Positions 60,978-64,000 of a stretch of DNA of 64,000 nt are shown here, piece by piece. The position numbers and the translations under genes were made by a program. Every line of letters starts with the position of its first letter. Position 1 is the first letter of the stretch. This DNA comes from Botryllus schlosseri (taxonomy: Eukaryota), in contig CM119383.1 of NCBI GenBank assembly GCA_051294905.1, positions 9,052,001 to 9,116,000 on the forward strand, in the 5' to 3' direction. Below the pieces are notes generated by a model that worked only from the letters and a program-made list of their open reading frames with translations, was not told the DNA's origin and searched no databases.

Positions 60978-61928
60978 CAGTGGTTCTCAACCTTTTTGTC
61001 TTCACGGCCCCCATGAAGATTTAGTTCAAATTTAGCTCAATTATCGTGCAATCGTCATAAGTCTTGTGCAAATGATAACTGTAGGCTTAGCGATAAACAG
61101 CAACAAAATGACTTTTCTTGAAAATAAGATCATTTCCACAAATATAGTGGGGCGAATGTAATAATATCGCGTAACGCTTCCTACGACACAATTGGGTATG
61201 ATCGCAACTAATATGGCACCAAAATTGACAAAAAACATTTTCAATGAACATATAACGTCAAGCCTGGTCATTTCTATCTAGCACAGCGGTTCTCATAACT
61301 TTTTAGACACGCCCTCTATGATAGTGAAATATTTCGCGCCCCCCTTATCGTCATATCGCAAATTGCAACCAGAATGTTAGCAATCCCCCATAGACATATT
61401 GACGGCACGGACGGTTGATGAGATAATTCTCAAATATGAAATTCGGACACTACACAGAGCAAAATCGATGAAATATCGGTAAATCGCGCTAATTTCAGTT
61501 TACCGCAGCTTCACGCCCCCCAGTTTGAGAACCACTGATCTAGCAGCTTATCTCAAGTTATTATGGAAAAAGGGTTATGCATATCACATGAGAAAATGGA
61601 TTTTTGTAAACATTTCGAAGCCACCGTGATTGACCTTACTCATCCAGCTTTTCTTTTCCACAATCGCCAACACAACATCTCTAAAGAGCAAAATGTTTGT
61701 ATCAGTAGGCTATCGGCAATTTAGCAATTGAAATGAGTCTGCACAGTAGGATATTTCATCTCAGACGGCCATTCTGTTGATGTGAGCTCTGGAGCTTTGC
61801 AAGTAATGAAGCGAAACTGTACCTCGACAATTTCCGAATTAAAAAAAATAAGAATTAGGTTATCCACTATTTTGAGGCTTCGCGGATACCCTGAAAATGC
61901 TTCGCGGACCCCCGGTCGAGAACCACTG
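60978..61928. mobile_element. hAT MITE containing a nested MITE
   Basis: TIR CAGTGGTTCTC(A/G)ACC; perfect TSD TTCTATAC (60970-77 and 61929-36). Confidence 0.85.
61284..61537. mobile_element. Nested 254-bp hAT MITE
   Basis: TIR CAG(C/T)GGTTCTCA; perfect TSD ATCTAGCA (61276-83 and 61538-45). Confidence 0.85.
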
Positions 61929-62095
61929 TTCTATACAATTCTGCCAACCCACGTACAAACACCAAATCAACCACATCATAAATTCAAATAATCGATGTTG
62001 CTCGAACCCAGTTCTGGACTTACATCAACAGCAGGTATATCGTAATAAACATGTTACCGAAATCAAATTTGACTATATTCAACACATCATTCAAT

Positions 62096-63655
<1,560 letters not shown>

Positions 63656-64000
63656 TCAAAACCGTATTGAATCAAACCACGCGAAGACAGCTAAGTTTGA
63701 GCAGCAGAAGGTGACAGAAGGACGAAAGGAAACGTGTCGCACCTTCAAGTGGTCACCTTTTACCCTTTGCCGGTTGGTTGGCGTCGTCCATCTTAGCTAA
63801 AAAATATCTGACGAATATCGCACCCGTGTGACATGTTAATCACTTTGGTCGTTGGCTGCTTGTCAAGAATAACGACAGAACCATGTAACATATTGCATTC
63901 CACTGCCAATGGATGTATATGTAGCTGCATCTAAGCCGCGCCCTTGCTTTGCGGTGGTGTCTGATTTCAAAGACTACTCCAACAAATCGTTTCGACACCT

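Overview
Eukaryotic (animal) genomic DNA; compact introns and close similarity to vertebrate PTPRA suggest an invertebrate chordate such as an ascidian (inference). Most of the window (211-45368, +) is one 5'-incomplete multi-exon gene. I could trace 32 exons with GT-AG boundaries, giving at least ~1,838 aa in one frame. Its cytoplasmic part is an R4-type (PTPRA/PTPRE) tandem tyrosine phosphatase. Its ectodomain is very large: a mucin WxxW domain, a ricin-type lectin, 14 sushi/CCP modules and a Thr-rich stalk, all on phase 1-1 exons. A hydrophobic in-frame mini-exon at ~30.4 kb may start a short PTPalpha-like isoform. The introns hold Penelope-like relics with minimal type I hammerhead ribozyme motifs, hAT elements with clean 8-bp TSDs, and SINEs. 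Downstream lie a tRNA-Ser(CGA) gene, a Tx1/L1-type LINE fragment, nested hAT elements, and a Harbinger transposase split by an in-frame CR1/L2-type LINE insertion. The window ends with an intronless, divergent mitochondrial ATP synthase beta gene (62096-63640, -). All calls are by eye; no database search was run.
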